Below are positions 47,297 to 56,188 of a stretch of DNA of 64,000 nt, piece after piece. This stretch comes from Polyangiaceae bacterium. GTDB lineage: Bacteria > Myxococcota_A > Polyangia > Polyangiales > Polyangiaceae. A model generated the notes under the pieces. It saw only the letters and a program-made list of their open reading frames with translations. It was not told the DNA's origin and did not search any database. Made by a program: the position numbers and the translations under genes. The stretch is taken from positions 224,001 to 288,000 of the forward strand of contig CBDCTZ010000011.1 of NCBI GenBank assembly GCA_965222375.1. The letters run 5' to 3'. How positions within the stretch are numbered: position 1 is the stretch's first letter; every line of letters starts with the position of its first letter.

Positions 47297-48814
47297 ATGC
47301 GCACACTTCTCCTTCGCGGCGCGTCCGCGAGCTTGATTGTTGCTGGCGCCATTGCCAGTGCATGCTCCAGTTCGGATACAGCGGACAGCCCAGGGTCCGG
47401 TGGTAGCAGTGGCGCCGACGCTAGCGCGGGTGCCGCAGGCGCGGCGGGTAGCGGTGGCGGGTCAGCGACCGGGGGCACTGCTGGCGCTGGCGGAAGCGGT
47501 GGGGCGAGTTCTGGCGGCGCCAGTGGCTCATCCGGCGCCGGCGGTTCTGGCGGCTCCGTTTCGGACGCGTCCGTGGACATCAACCTCGACGTCACCTTCA
47601 ACTACGACGCACCCACCCAGGACGGGTTCAACTCCGACGCCGCCTGCGCCAAGACCGTCGTCAATGCGGAGCCAACGCCGTTGGACATGGCGATCATGCT
47701 CGACAAGTCGGGCTCCATGTTGGACGCCACGCAGGCCGGCCCCACGAAGTGGAACGCGGTCAAACAGGCCCTCACCGGATTCCTCAACAACTCGGGTTCG
47801 GCAGGGCTCGGTGTTGGCATCCAGTACTTCCCCCTGACGAAGCCCGGTGTCCCCACGAGCTGCACCAACAACGCGCAGTGCGGCGCCGGCGCTCCCTGCA
47901 TGCTCAAGACCTGCGCCAACAGCACCTCGGTCAAGCCTTGCGCCGTCAACAAGGACTGCGGCAATGGCGCCCAGGCCCAGTGCGTCGATCTGGGGCAATG
48001 TCTGCTCAGTGGACAGCTCTGCGTGCCCGTGGGTGCCCTATGCGGGCTGACAGGTGGGCCCTGCGTCAAGATCACGACGAGCCGATGTTTCAACGCGACC
48101 ACATGTAGCGCCGCCGACTACGCGAAACCCGCTGTGGGCATCGCGACCTTGCCCGGCAACGCGACGGCGATCATCAACTCGATCAACGCTCAGACCCCGG
48201 CTGGCCTCACGCCGACGGGACCGGCCCTGCAAGGTGCCGTGAACTACGCCAAGAGCTACGCGACGGCGAATCCGACTCACACGGTCGTGACCGTGCTGGC
48301 CACGGATGGCCTGCCCACCGAGTGCACGCCCCTGGATATCCCTTCGATTGCCGCCATCGCGTCGGCGGGCGCGGCTGGGACCCCCAGCGTAAAGACCTTC
48401 GTCATCGGGGTGTTTGCCCAGGGCGACATCGGAGCGAAACAAAACGTCGATGCCATCGCCAAGGCGGGGGGAACGAACGCAGCATTCATCGTCGATCCGG
48501 CGCAAAACGTGACCGCCCAGTTCCTCGCAGCCCTGGCGCAGATCCAAGGCAAGAGCGTGGGCTGCGAGTTCAAGATGCCGAAACCCAGTCAGGGCGTGGT
48601 CGACCCGACCAAGGTCGAACTGAGCGTCACCCTGGCGAGCGGTACCACGATCATCAACCGCGTCACGAATGCGGCCCAGTGCTCGGGCGCGGGCTGGTAC
48701 TACGACAATAACGCCGCGCCCACGAAGATCACTCTGTGCCCGGCGAGCTGCACTCAGGTCAAAGCTGACGCCAACCCCAAGATCGACATATCCCTGGGTT
48801 GCCTGGGTTCCTGA
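47297..48814 (+). CDS. VWA-domain lipoprotein with Cys-rich insertion
   Basis: Lipobox ASA-C; MIDAS DKSGS, TPTGPAL, LATDGLP, TFVIGV; C-terminal GWYYD...ITLCPASC module. Confidence 0.88.
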   Translation: MRTLLLRGASASLIVAGAIASACSSSDTADSPGSGGSSGADASAGAAGAAGSGGGSATGGTAGAGGSGGASSGGASGSSGAGGSGGSVSDASVDINLDVTFNYDAPTQDGFNSDAACAKTVVNAEPTPLDMAIMLDKSGSMLDATQAGPTKWNAVKQALTGFLNNSGSAGLGVGIQYFPLTKPGVPTSCTNNAQCGAGAPCMLKTCANSTSVKPCAVNKDCGNGAQAQCVDLGQCLLSGQLCVPVGALCGLTGGPCVKITTSRCFNATTCSAADYAKPAVGIATLPGNATAIINSINAQTPAGLTPTGPALQGAVNYAKSYATANPTHTVVTVLATDGLPTECTPLDIPSIAAIASAGAAGTPSVKTFVIGVFAQGDIGAKQNVDAIAKAGGTNAAFIVDPAQNVTAQFLAALAQIQGKSVGCEFKMPKPSQGVVDPTKVELSVTLASGTTIINRVTNAAQCSGAGWYYDNNAAPTKITLCPASCTQVKADANPKIDISLGCLGS

Positions 48815-48833
48815 GCCGCGCGCCGCGCGCCAT

Positions 48834-49877
48834 TCACCAGTCGACGATCGCCGAACCCCAGGTGAAGCCGGAACCGAAGGCGACCATGGCGACCTTCATG
48901 CCACGCTTCAAGGTGCCGTTGCGCTCGGCCTCTTCGAGGAGCAGCGGAATCGTCGCGGCGGTGGTGTTGCCGTAGCGCTCGATGTTGCTGGGTACCTTCT
49001 CCGGAGGCAGGCCGATCATGTTGGCGATGTACTCGTTGATACGCAGGTTCGCCTGGTGAAAGAAGAACAGATCGATGTCGTCTTTGGTCAGATCGTGCTT
49101 GGCGCAGGTCTGCATCAACGTTTGGACCATGCGGGTCACCGCGTGCTTGAAGACGACCTTGCCTTCCATATAGGGCCACAACATGTCGACGGAGATCTGG
49201 CCCTTTCCGTCGTCGCCAACGGGGAAGTACGGCGCTTTGCTGATGTCCCACACCTTGAGGCATAGATTGTCGGCGTAGCGCCCGTCGGCGCCGAGATCCC
49301 AGCCACGAACGCCGCGGTCCTCGTCGGTGGGGCTCACCACGACTGCTCCCGCGCCGTCGCCGAAGAGCGTGGAGACAGTGCGGCCACGGGTCGTCAGGTC
49401 GATGGCATGGGAATGCACTTCCGAGCCGACGACCAGCACGTGTTTGACCTGGCCGCTCTGAACCATGCTGGATGCGGTGGCCAAGCCGTACACGAAGCCA
49501 CTGCACTGGTTTCGAATGTCCAAGCAGGGTACGAACTTGGCGCCGTCGCCCTCGGGCAACCCGAGCTTGCGCTGCAGGTAGACGCCCGTACCCGGAAAGT
49601 GGTGATCCGGGGACAGCGTCGCGAAGATGATCATGTCGACATCGGTCTTGTCGATGCCGGCATTCTTGATTGCTGCTTCACAAGCGGGTACGGCCAGGTC
49701 ACTGGTGTAGACGCCTTCTTCCACGAAGCGACGCTCCTTGATGCCAGTGCGTTTGACGATCCACTCGTCGCTGGTGTCGATGCCGTACGTGGTTGCCAAG
49801 TCTTCGTTGGTCACAACTTTCGGCGGTACATAGGCGCCGGTCCCTGAAATGTAAGCGTTCGCCACTTCGAGCTCCAA
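48834..49877 (-). CDS. fabH: 3-oxoacyl-ACP synthase III
   Basis: DTSDEWIVKRTGIKERR, NQCSGFVYGL, FGDGAGA, HQANLRI, YGNTTAATIP, AFGSGFTWG. Confidence 0.93.
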   Translation of the reverse strand: MELEVANAYISGTGAYVPPKVVTNEDLATTYGIDTSDEWIVKRTGIKERRFVEEGVYTSDLAVPACEAAIKNAGIDKTDVDMIIFATLSPDHHFPGTGVYLQRKLGLPEGDGAKFVPCLDIRNQCSGFVYGLATASSMVQSGQVKHVLVVGSEVHSHAIDLTTRGRTVSTLFGDGAGAVVVSPTDEDRGVRGWDLGADGRYADNLCLKVWDISKAPYFPVGDDGKGQISVDMLWPYMEGKVVFKHAVTRMVQTLMQTCAKHDLTKDDIDLFFFHQANLRINEYIANMIGLPPEKVPSNIERYGNTTAATIPLLLEEAERNGTLKRGMKVAMVAFGSGFTWGSAIVDW

Positions 49878-49977
49878 TCCGCCCCACCCCGCTCCCGTGG
49901 GAGCGGGCGAGCATACGGCGCGCTGTCTACGCCTCCACAGCGCGAGGTGTCAACGAACGGACGGGATCGTGACAGAC

Positions 49978-50031
49978 TTGTTCAACCAGTGCTGCAACGG
50001 GCTGGAGCTAGCGTGGAGTTGTTCAACCAGT
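49978..50031. promoter_or_regulatory. Direct repeat TTGTTCAACCAGT x2 in the fabH / GH73 divergent region (candidate TF sites)
   Basis: Exact 13-mers at 49978-49990 and 50019-50031, 41 bp apart, AT-rich in a GC-rich context. Confidence 0.5.
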
Positions 50032-50252
50032 TCGGGTTGTTCGAGTGCGGCTGAGCCGGAGGCACGCATTGCCTGCAAGCACGAACGACGCGGGACCGCG
50101 CACGCCGCGCAACCGTGAAGGCAAGCCGCGGTTTGAGATGGTTCGGAGCGCGGCTGCCGGGACGCGCGAGACGCGTAACAAGGGGCGGCTCGGCTCGGGA
50201 CGCGCAGGACAATCGAAGGCAGCCTCGCGGACTTATGTAACCGGGCGATGGG

Positions 50253-51986
50253 GTGCCCTGGGCGCCTCCATTGTTGGCCCAAAAGTCCCGCGCGCGTTCC
50301 AATTTCGCAGATCCCGTGCGCCTCCGATCCGTCCGCCTCCCGTCCTCTAGCCGTCGCCGCCGATTCTTCGGTTCGTTGCGCCTGTATGTGGTGGATTTCG
50401 GCCCTGGAATTGCTGCGTGCGCGGTCACCGCGCTCTTGATTGCCTACGGTTGTAGCACGCAGCGCCAAGCGAAAGCGGCGACCCGAACGACGAAGGCGGA
50501 GCTGAAGCAACCCGAGACGGCCCTGCCGCCCTCAATCTTCTCCAACGACATGCGCGTTCCGGAGATGCACCGCCTGCGACGCGCAGTGCGTATTACGTCG
50601 AGTGCGGATACTCGACTTGCCGAGCTGGCGAAGAAGGACGAGCAGTCGGCGGAGCCGCCGCGGGAGCCCTGGGTGATCGACCAGCTCCAGCGTGAAGCGG
50701 AGCAGAAACGCCAGGCTGAATTGGCGGAGGCGGAACGCAAGCGAATCGAGGCCGAACAGGCCGCAGAGCGAAAACGCCAGGCGGCCGTGAAAGAGGCGAA
50801 ACGCCAGCGCGATCTCGCCCAGAAGCAAGCCGCCCACATGCGCGCCCTAGAGGAAGAGCATGTGCGTGCTCTTCGAGTCGCTGAAGTAGAGGCTGAGCGC
50901 AAACGTAAGCTGGCTGCGGCCGAGGCCGAGCGGGTCCGAAAAGCAGCGCTGGCGCAAGCGACGAAGAGGCCGCCGCCAGCTCAGCCCAAGCAGAGCACCA
51001 AAGCTCCGTCGCCCCAGCGCTCTGCTCCCACGAAGGCGCTCGCCCAGCCTGCGCCCGCGAAGCCCGCGGTGAAAAAGGACGTCGCAAAGCCGCGCCCTGA
51101 GGTAGCGAAGGTCGTTGCTGCACCGCGCCCGAAGGTTGCACCGCCCCCACCGCGCCCGAAGGTTGCGCCGCCCCCACCGCGCCCGAAGGTTGCACCGCCC
51201 CCACCGCGCCCGAAGGTTGCGCCGCCCCCGAAGGTTGCACTGCCTCCACCGCCACCGAAGAAGCGCGAGCCTATCGTCGTCGCAGAAACGACCATCGAGG
51301 CCGCACCCCCCAAGCCTGCAGTTCCACCGCCCCCGAAGGTTGCACCTCCATCGCCGTCGAAACCCGTCAAGAAGGTGGAGCGTCCCAAAGCGCCGCCGGT
51401 CGCGAAGAAGGCACCACCACCGCCCAAGGTGGTCGCCAAACCCAAGCCTCGTGCGCCCCGACCAGCGAAGCGAGTGGACCGCAAGCGCCGGCCCACACCC
51501 ATGTCGGCACAGGAGGCGACGAAGACTCTTGCTCTCGCCTTCGAGCGTGTCACCGGCGAAGAAGCCACCAAGGAAGCCGTCAGCGTCCTGTGGGCCCAAT
51601 GGGCTTTGGAGACAGGTCGGGGGCGCTGGATGGTTGACTACAACTACGCGGGCCTGAAGGGGCGAGCGCCGGACGGCGGCAGCGCACCCTGGTCCACTTG
51701 GGAAGAAACGGATGATGGTCCTCGCCGGGTGCGCAGTCGGTTCCGCGCCTACGAAAGCGCCGATCACGGGGCCTATGACTACGTCAAACTGCTCAGTCGA
51801 CGCTATCCCCGAGCCTTTGCGTCGGCGCGAATCGGTGACGCGCAGACGTTCATCGCGCGACTCGACAAGGGCGGCTTCTTCACCGAGCGCCCCGAACACT
51901 ACGTTCGATCCGTGATGAGCCTCGCGCGCGAGTTCCTGCGCAAACACGCCAAGCTACTGCTCGCCGCTGAACCCGTCGAAGAGTAG
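50253..51986 (+). CDS. Membrane-anchored protein with coiled-coil/Pro-rich stalk and C-terminal GH73 (FlgJ/glucosaminidase-like) domain
   Basis: AQWALETG, NYAGLK, FRAYESA, DYVKLL..RY, FFTERPEHY; hydrophobic IAACAVTALLIAYGC. Start uncertain. Confidence 0.75.
   Translation: MPWAPPLLAQKSRARSNFADPVRLRSVRLPSSSRRRRFFGSLRLYVVDFGPGIAACAVTALLIAYGCSTQRQAKAATRTTKAELKQPETALPPSIFSNDMRVPEMHRLRRAVRITSSADTRLAELAKKDEQSAEPPREPWVIDQLQREAEQKRQAELAEAERKRIEAEQAAERKRQAAVKEAKRQRDLAQKQAAHMRALEEEHVRALRVAEVEAERKRKLAAAEAERVRKAALAQATKRPPPAQPKQSTKAPSPQRSAPTKALAQPAPAKPAVKKDVAKPRPEVAKVVAAPRPKVAPPPPRPKVAPPPPRPKVAPPPPRPKVAPPPKVALPPPPPKKREPIVVAETTIEAAPPKPAVPPPPKVAPPSPSKPVKKVERPKAPPVAKKAPPPPKVVAKPKPRAPRPAKRVDRKRRPTPMSAQEATKTLALAFERVTGEEATKEAVSVLWAQWALETGRGRWMVDYNYAGLKGRAPDGGSAPWSTWEETDDGPRRVRSRFRAYESADHGAYDYVKLLSRRYPRAFASARIGDAQTFIARLDKGGFFTERPEHYVRSVMSLAREFLRKHAKLLLAAEPVEE
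51121..51228 (+). repeat. Intragenic 27-bp tandem repeat x4 (PRPKVAPPP)
   Basis: CACCGCGCCCGAAGGTTGC(A/G)CCGCCCC, with A and G variants alternating. Confidence 0.9.
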
Positions 51987-52041
51987 GGGAGCGACCAACC
52001 GCGAGCGCCACCCAGGTCAAGGTCGCAGCCTGGACCCTGGC

Positions 52042-52365
52042 CTAGGCATCGAGTTCTTGTCTCACTTGGGCCAGCACGTCCACGGCCGGAGACGCATACT
52101 GGCTGATCCAGCGATCGTAGATCTGCTTGATGGGCACCGCGTCGAGGTAGTTCCAGCGCTTTCGTCCCTCCCGACGAACGATGACCAACCCGGCGCGTTC
52201 CAGCACCCCGAGATGCTGCATCACCGTGCAGCGGTCTAGGCTCGGGAAGGCGCTGCACAGATCACCGGTCGTCTTCGGGCCGTTTTTGAGCATGTCGAGG
52301 AGCTTTCGCCGCCGACCGTCCGCGAGGGCCTTGAAAACCGCCTCTTCAGCCCCGACGCTTGACAT
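52042..52365 (-). CDS. ArsR/SmtB family transcriptional regulator
   Basis: VFKALADGRRRKLLDML, MQHLGVLERAGLV, RREGRKRWNYL. Confidence 0.9.
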   Translation of the reverse strand: MSSVGAEEAVFKALADGRRRKLLDMLKNGPKTTGDLCSAFPSLDRCTVMQHLGVLERAGLVIVRREGRKRWNYLDAVPIKQIYDRWISQYASPAVDVLAQVRQELDA

Positions 52366-52383
52366 GTTATATTTTTATAACAT
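52364..52383. promoter_or_regulatory. Palindromic operator ATGTTATA-TTTT-TATAACAT
   Basis: Perfect 8-4-8 inverted repeat between divergent arsR-like and SRPBCC genes, overlapping the arsR start codon. Confidence 0.8.
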
Positions 52384-52411
52384 ATGTAGTGAGTCCACAA
52401 GGAGAAACGCC

Positions 52412-52858
52412 ATGGAGCTCAAGTTTCAGGTGCAGACCAAAGTCGCCAAACCCGCAGACGAAGTGTTCGACGCCATCATCAATCCCAAGAAGCTGACGAA
52501 GTACTTCATCAGTGAATCGAGCGGACCGTTGGTCGAAGGAAGTCAGGCCACCTGGAGATTCGCCGAGCACGACGGCGACGTGCTCGTCAAAGTGACTCGG
52601 GTCGTACCCAACGAGCGCATCGTCTTCGAGTGGGAAGCCGCCGACGACAAGCATGAGGACACCCGCGTCGAGATCGAGGTGAAACGACTCGACGACGACG
52701 CCACGTTGCTGCAGATCAGCGAATCAGGCTGGCGCGAAACGCCGGAGGGGCTCAAAGCGTCCTATTCCAACTGCTACGGCTGGTCCCACATGTCTCTTTG
52801 TCTCAAGGCATTCCTCGAGCACGGCATCAACTTGCGCGCGGGGGGAGTCGTGTGTTGA
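52412..52858 (+). CDS. SRPBCC/AHSA1 domain protein
   Basis: RBS AAGGAG; VFDAIINP..LTKYF, VVPNERIVFEW, ISESGW, GWSHMSLCLKAFLEHG. Confidence 0.9.
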   Translation: MELKFQVQTKVAKPADEVFDAIINPKKLTKYFISESSGPLVEGSQATWRFAEHDGDVLVKVTRVVPNERIVFEWEAADDKHEDTRVEIEVKRLDDDATLLQISESGWRETPEGLKASYSNCYGWSHMSLCLKAFLEHGINLRAGGVVC

Positions 52859-52869
52859 AGCGAAGTCTT

Positions 52870-53050
52870 TGGGGGCGCGCTTTCTTTGTGCTGGAGCGTT
52901 TAGCTCGGTCCTTGGGTTTGGGGTCGTGCCCTGTGGCGGCATTGGGTCCCTAATCCCGCGCTGCCCGGCGCAGGCGCGCCCCCAGGCAAAAGAGCGAGAG
53001 TAGTGCACTCGTTCCGCACCAGTGCTCGACCCAACCAACCAAACCACCAA
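52870..53050. repeat. Convergent pair of dispersed-motif copies (52912-52961 + and 52995-53050 -) with an 11-bp inverted repeat
   Basis: Plus copy TTGGGTTTGGGGTCG-N21-CCCTAATCCCG; minus copy TTGGTTGGGTCG-N21-CACTACTCTCG; TGGGGGCGCGC 52870-52880 vs GCGCGCCCCCA 52974-52984. Confidence 0.7.
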
Positions 53051-53056
53051 GGTCGC

Positions 53057-53629
53057 TCAAGCGGCGGCCAAGGCTTCGATCCGTGCGCTGAGTTCGGCGA
53101 CCAACGTCTCGACGGTGTCCGAGTGGCCCCACTGCGCCAGGGTCAGCTCGGTGGCCAGAGCGTCGGCTAGATCCCCCAGTTCGTCGAGCGCGCGCTCGTC
53201 GCGCTCGAGGGCTTGTTGGACCCGAGTGACGCATTGTTGCCGACGCCCGGAAGTATCCGCGCCGCCAGTACGCAGCCGCGCGAGCTCCGTTTCCAGTGCT
53301 TGGATGCGGGCGACGACGCGCTCGACTTGCGATGCGATGGCATGCAGATCTGCGTCGGTGAGCAATCCGTCGAGGGGCGAGCCTGCGACGCGGGATCGTG
53401 CTGCGGACAGCGCAGCCTGGACGCGGTCGCTCGCCGGGTGGCGCTGTCGTCGCGGTGGCGCGGTGGGCTGCTTTGCGGTCTGCGCGAAGGGCGCCCACAG
53501 CGGCCACAACACGAATGCCAGGGCAGCTGAGCCCGCCGTGCGCCAGGTTCGCGGTGATCTTGTCAGCAACATCGCGGCGAAGGCGAGCCCCACGGCTGCG
53601 TAGAGGCCGACCAGAATCGACAGAGTCAT
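53057..53629 (-). CDS. Hypothetical protein, two N-terminal TM segments plus coiled coil
   Basis: ATGA overlap with the upstream gene; TM segments, LWPLWAP motif, heptad-rich C-terminus. Confidence 0.75.
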   Translation of the reverse strand: MTLSILVGLYAAVGLAFAAMLLTRSPRTWRTAGSAALAFVLWPLWAPFAQTAKQPTAPPRRQRHPASDRVQAALSAARSRVAGSPLDGLLTDADLHAIASQVERVVARIQALETELARLRTGGADTSGRRQQCVTRVQQALERDERALDELGDLADALATELTLAQWGHSDTVETLVAELSARIEALAAA

Positions 53630-54270
53630 CTCTGCTCCGCGCGATCTACGAGGGCGCCCACAAGTCCACCCTCGATGCGGCCATGAGCGAAGAGGGGTAC
53701 GCTTTCGTCGCGCGGGTCGCCGAGATACGGACGGAACAGCCACGCCGTCTGTGCGCCGAATACGCCGAACACGAGCAGAAAGCTGATCAGCCCCAGGGCA
53801 CGACCGCGGGCATCGCCCATGGCGCGAATGATGAACGCGAGTGCCGAGAGCCCGGCAAGGCCGTAGCCTGCCAGCGCGCCGAAACGCACCCATTCGTAGG
53901 ACGCACCGAAGTCCACGGCCAGAGCGAGCAGGGGTGCGACGGCGATCAGCACCAGGCTGGAGCGGGCGCCGGCACAGAGCACGAGGGTCAGGGTCGTACG
54001 GAATTGGTGGCGCCGGTCAACGGCGGCGGAGATCGCGAAGAACGCAGGGCCAGCGACCACGAGCGTCACTAGGGTCACGACCGGTAACTTGGTGGCCGCG
54101 ATCACGAGTTGGGGAAGCCCTCGGAAGGATCCGGCGGCGGCGCCAAATAGCAAGCCGCCAAGGGCGATCACCAAGAGCGATGTCTTTGCCATTTCGCGTT
54201 GTGCGATCGGGTCGCTGCAGCGCTCGATCACCTGCGCGGGCGCGCGGAGCAGTTGAGGGATGAAGCTCAC
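53626..54270 (-). CDS. Polytopic membrane protein (Yip1-like)
   Basis: GTGA overlap; about 5 TM; ATKLPVV and QTAWLFRPYLG motifs. Confidence 0.7.
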   Translation of the reverse strand: MSFIPQLLRAPAQVIERCSDPIAQREMAKTSLLVIALGGLLFGAAAGSFRGLPQLVIAATKLPVVTLVTLVVAGPAFFAISAAVDRRHQFRTTLTLVLCAGARSSLVLIAVAPLLALAVDFGASYEWVRFGALAGYGLAGLSALAFIIRAMGDARGRALGLISFLLVFGVFGAQTAWLFRPYLGDPRDESVPLFAHGRIEGGLVGALVDRAEQR

Positions 54271-54881
54271 GATGCACCTCCAGCCAGGGGCCCACCGAGC
54301 ATCGGCAGCAGCAACCACCAGGCGCGTGCGGCGATCAGCGCTGCGACCAAGAACAGGCCCAGCAGCATCAGATAGCTGACGACCGCTGCGCCGGCGCTTT
54401 CGGATGCGCTGCCAACCAGGTGCCAAAGTCGCCGAGCCCCGAGGACGCAGGCCAGGCCCAGGCCGGCGATGGCCAGGGCGGCGGCACCAAAGGGTGTCTC
54501 ACAGGTCACTGTCACGAGCACTGCGCCCGGCGCTAGTCCCGCTAGAACGAGTCCGGTCGTTGCCAGCCCCTCGGCGGCGCCGTGGGTCAGTGCTTTCAAG
54601 TCGACGGGCAAGTTGAGGTGCGCCAGCCCGATCGCGGCTGCGGGTGCGGAAAGCCCTACCGCCGCGAGCAGTCCGAGGGGAACGCCCACGGCGTGGATGG
54701 CCATCGACAGCGCGCCGTAGCGGGCGCCGATGGCAAGCCCGAAGATGGCGGCGAGTCCCAGCCCCCGCGCCGAGGTGCGCAGAGCCGCCTGAAAGTCTAA
54801 CGGCGTTTCGCACTGGATAGCTCTGGGAGCCACCCGCGGAGCGGGTGCCGCCGTCGAGTCCGGTAATGAAGATGTAGTCAT
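54267..54881 (-). CDS. Polytopic membrane protein, probable paralog of the downstream gene
   Basis: About 5 TM; similar layout (FGLAIG vs FGAAAG, LAP vs VAP, AWWLL.P.LG vs AWLFRPYLG). Confidence 0.7.
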   Translation of the reverse strand: MTTSSLPDSTAAPAPRVAPRAIQCETPLDFQAALRTSARGLGLAAIFGLAIGARYGALSMAIHAVGVPLGLLAAVGLSAPAAAIGLAHLNLPVDLKALTHGAAEGLATTGLVLAGLAPGAVLVTVTCETPFGAAALAIAGLGLACVLGARRLWHLVGSASESAGAAVVSYLMLLGLFLVAALIAARAWWLLLPMLGGPLAGGAS

Positions 54882-55020
54882 GGTCTGCACGCTAGCTGGC
54901 GCCGGTGCAGCTCCCTGGGCGGCCACGCACGAGTTTGGTGGAGTTCTGGTGCAGGCTCGGTGCAGCGGGCCGGTGGGCGTCGCCCCAAACGCCCAGCGCG
55001 ATTCCTGCTAGCGTCGAGCC

Positions 55021-56178
55021 ATGGCTACCGAAAAGTCCCATGGCTACGCGACGCGCGCGATTCATGCCGGCGTTTCCCCCAACAAACTCACTGGTGCAAT
55101 CGTCGACCCGATTTCGCAGTGCTCCGTGTACGCGCAGCCGTACCCCGGCGAGTTCAAATACGACTACGGGCGGTCCATGAATCCGAACTTCTACCCCCTC
55201 GAGGAAGCGCTGGCTGCTCTCGAAGGTGCGAAGCATGCGGCCGTCGTGTCCTCCGGCGTGGCCGCGATGACAGCGATCATCACTCTCGCCAAGGCCGGCG
55301 ACACGGTCTTGCTCCCGAAGGACCTCTATGGCGGCACGTACCGACTCTACGTGCAGGTATTCGGCAACTACGGCCTCGAGTTCATTCAAGTCGACATGCA
55401 CGATCTTGGAGCCGTGGAGGAAGCCCTCGGGCGCGGCGCCAAGATGCTCTATGCGGAATCGCCGACCAATCCCCTGTTGCAGATCTACGACCTAGAGGCA
55501 CTGGCGAGTCTTGCCAAAAAGCACGGCGCCATCTCCGTATGCGACAACACCTTCGCGACGCCAGTTTTTCAGAATCCTCTGGCCCTCGGCATGGACATCG
55601 TTCTGCATTCCGCCTCGAAGTATCTGGGCGGGCATTCCGACATCGTCGGTGGGTCGGTGATGACCAGTGACAAGGCCATCCACGAGCAGCTTTGTTTCGC
55701 GCGCAAGTCGATCGGCCTGCATCACGACCCACTCAGCATGTTTCTCTTGCGGCGTGGCCTCAAGACGCTGCCCCTCCGAATGGAGCGGCATCAAGAAAAC
55801 GCCTTCAAGTTCGCGGAGCACCTCCAGGCACATCCGAAGGTCGAGCGAGTGATTTACCCTGGCCTCGCGAGCCACCCCGACCACGAGATCGCCAAGAAAC
55901 AAATGAAGGGGTTCTCGGGGATGGTATCCGTCGAATTCGCTCTCGACCTCGAGTCGACGAATCGCGTCGTGAGCTCACTTCAAGTCATCACCCTGGCCGA
56001 GAGCCTGGGCGCGGTGGAGTCCCTCGTGCAGATCCCGGCGAGCATGAGTAACCAGAAGATCCCCAAAGAGATTCGCGAAAAGAACGGGCTCAAAGATGGG
56101 CTGGTGCGCTTTTCGGTCGGGATCGAGAACATCGAAGACCTCGTCGCCGACGTCGATCAAGCTCTCGCGCGAGCGTAG
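55021..56178 (+). CDS. PLP-dependent Cys/Met metabolism enzyme (cystathionine gamma-synthase/lyase family)
   Basis: ATRAIHAG, SSGVAA, DLYGGTYR, ESPTNP, DNTFATP, HSASKYLGGHSD, LAESLG, VRFSVGIE. Confidence 0.93.
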   Translation: MATEKSHGYATRAIHAGVSPNKLTGAIVDPISQCSVYAQPYPGEFKYDYGRSMNPNFYPLEEALAALEGAKHAAVVSSGVAAMTAIITLAKAGDTVLLPKDLYGGTYRLYVQVFGNYGLEFIQVDMHDLGAVEEALGRGAKMLYAESPTNPLLQIYDLEALASLAKKHGAISVCDNTFATPVFQNPLALGMDIVLHSASKYLGGHSDIVGGSVMTSDKAIHEQLCFARKSIGLHHDPLSMFLLRRGLKTLPLRMERHQENAFKFAEHLQAHPKVERVIYPGLASHPDHEIAKKQMKGFSGMVSVEFALDLESTNRVVSSLQVITLAESLGAVESLVQIPASMSNQKIPKEIREKNGLKDGLVRFSVGIENIEDLVADVDQALARA

Positions 56179-56188
56179 CCGCAAGCTG

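Noticed and set aside
52359..52388. Sigma70 promoter from TTGACA at 52359
   Set aside because: No convincing -10 hexamer at 16-18 bp spacing; not called.
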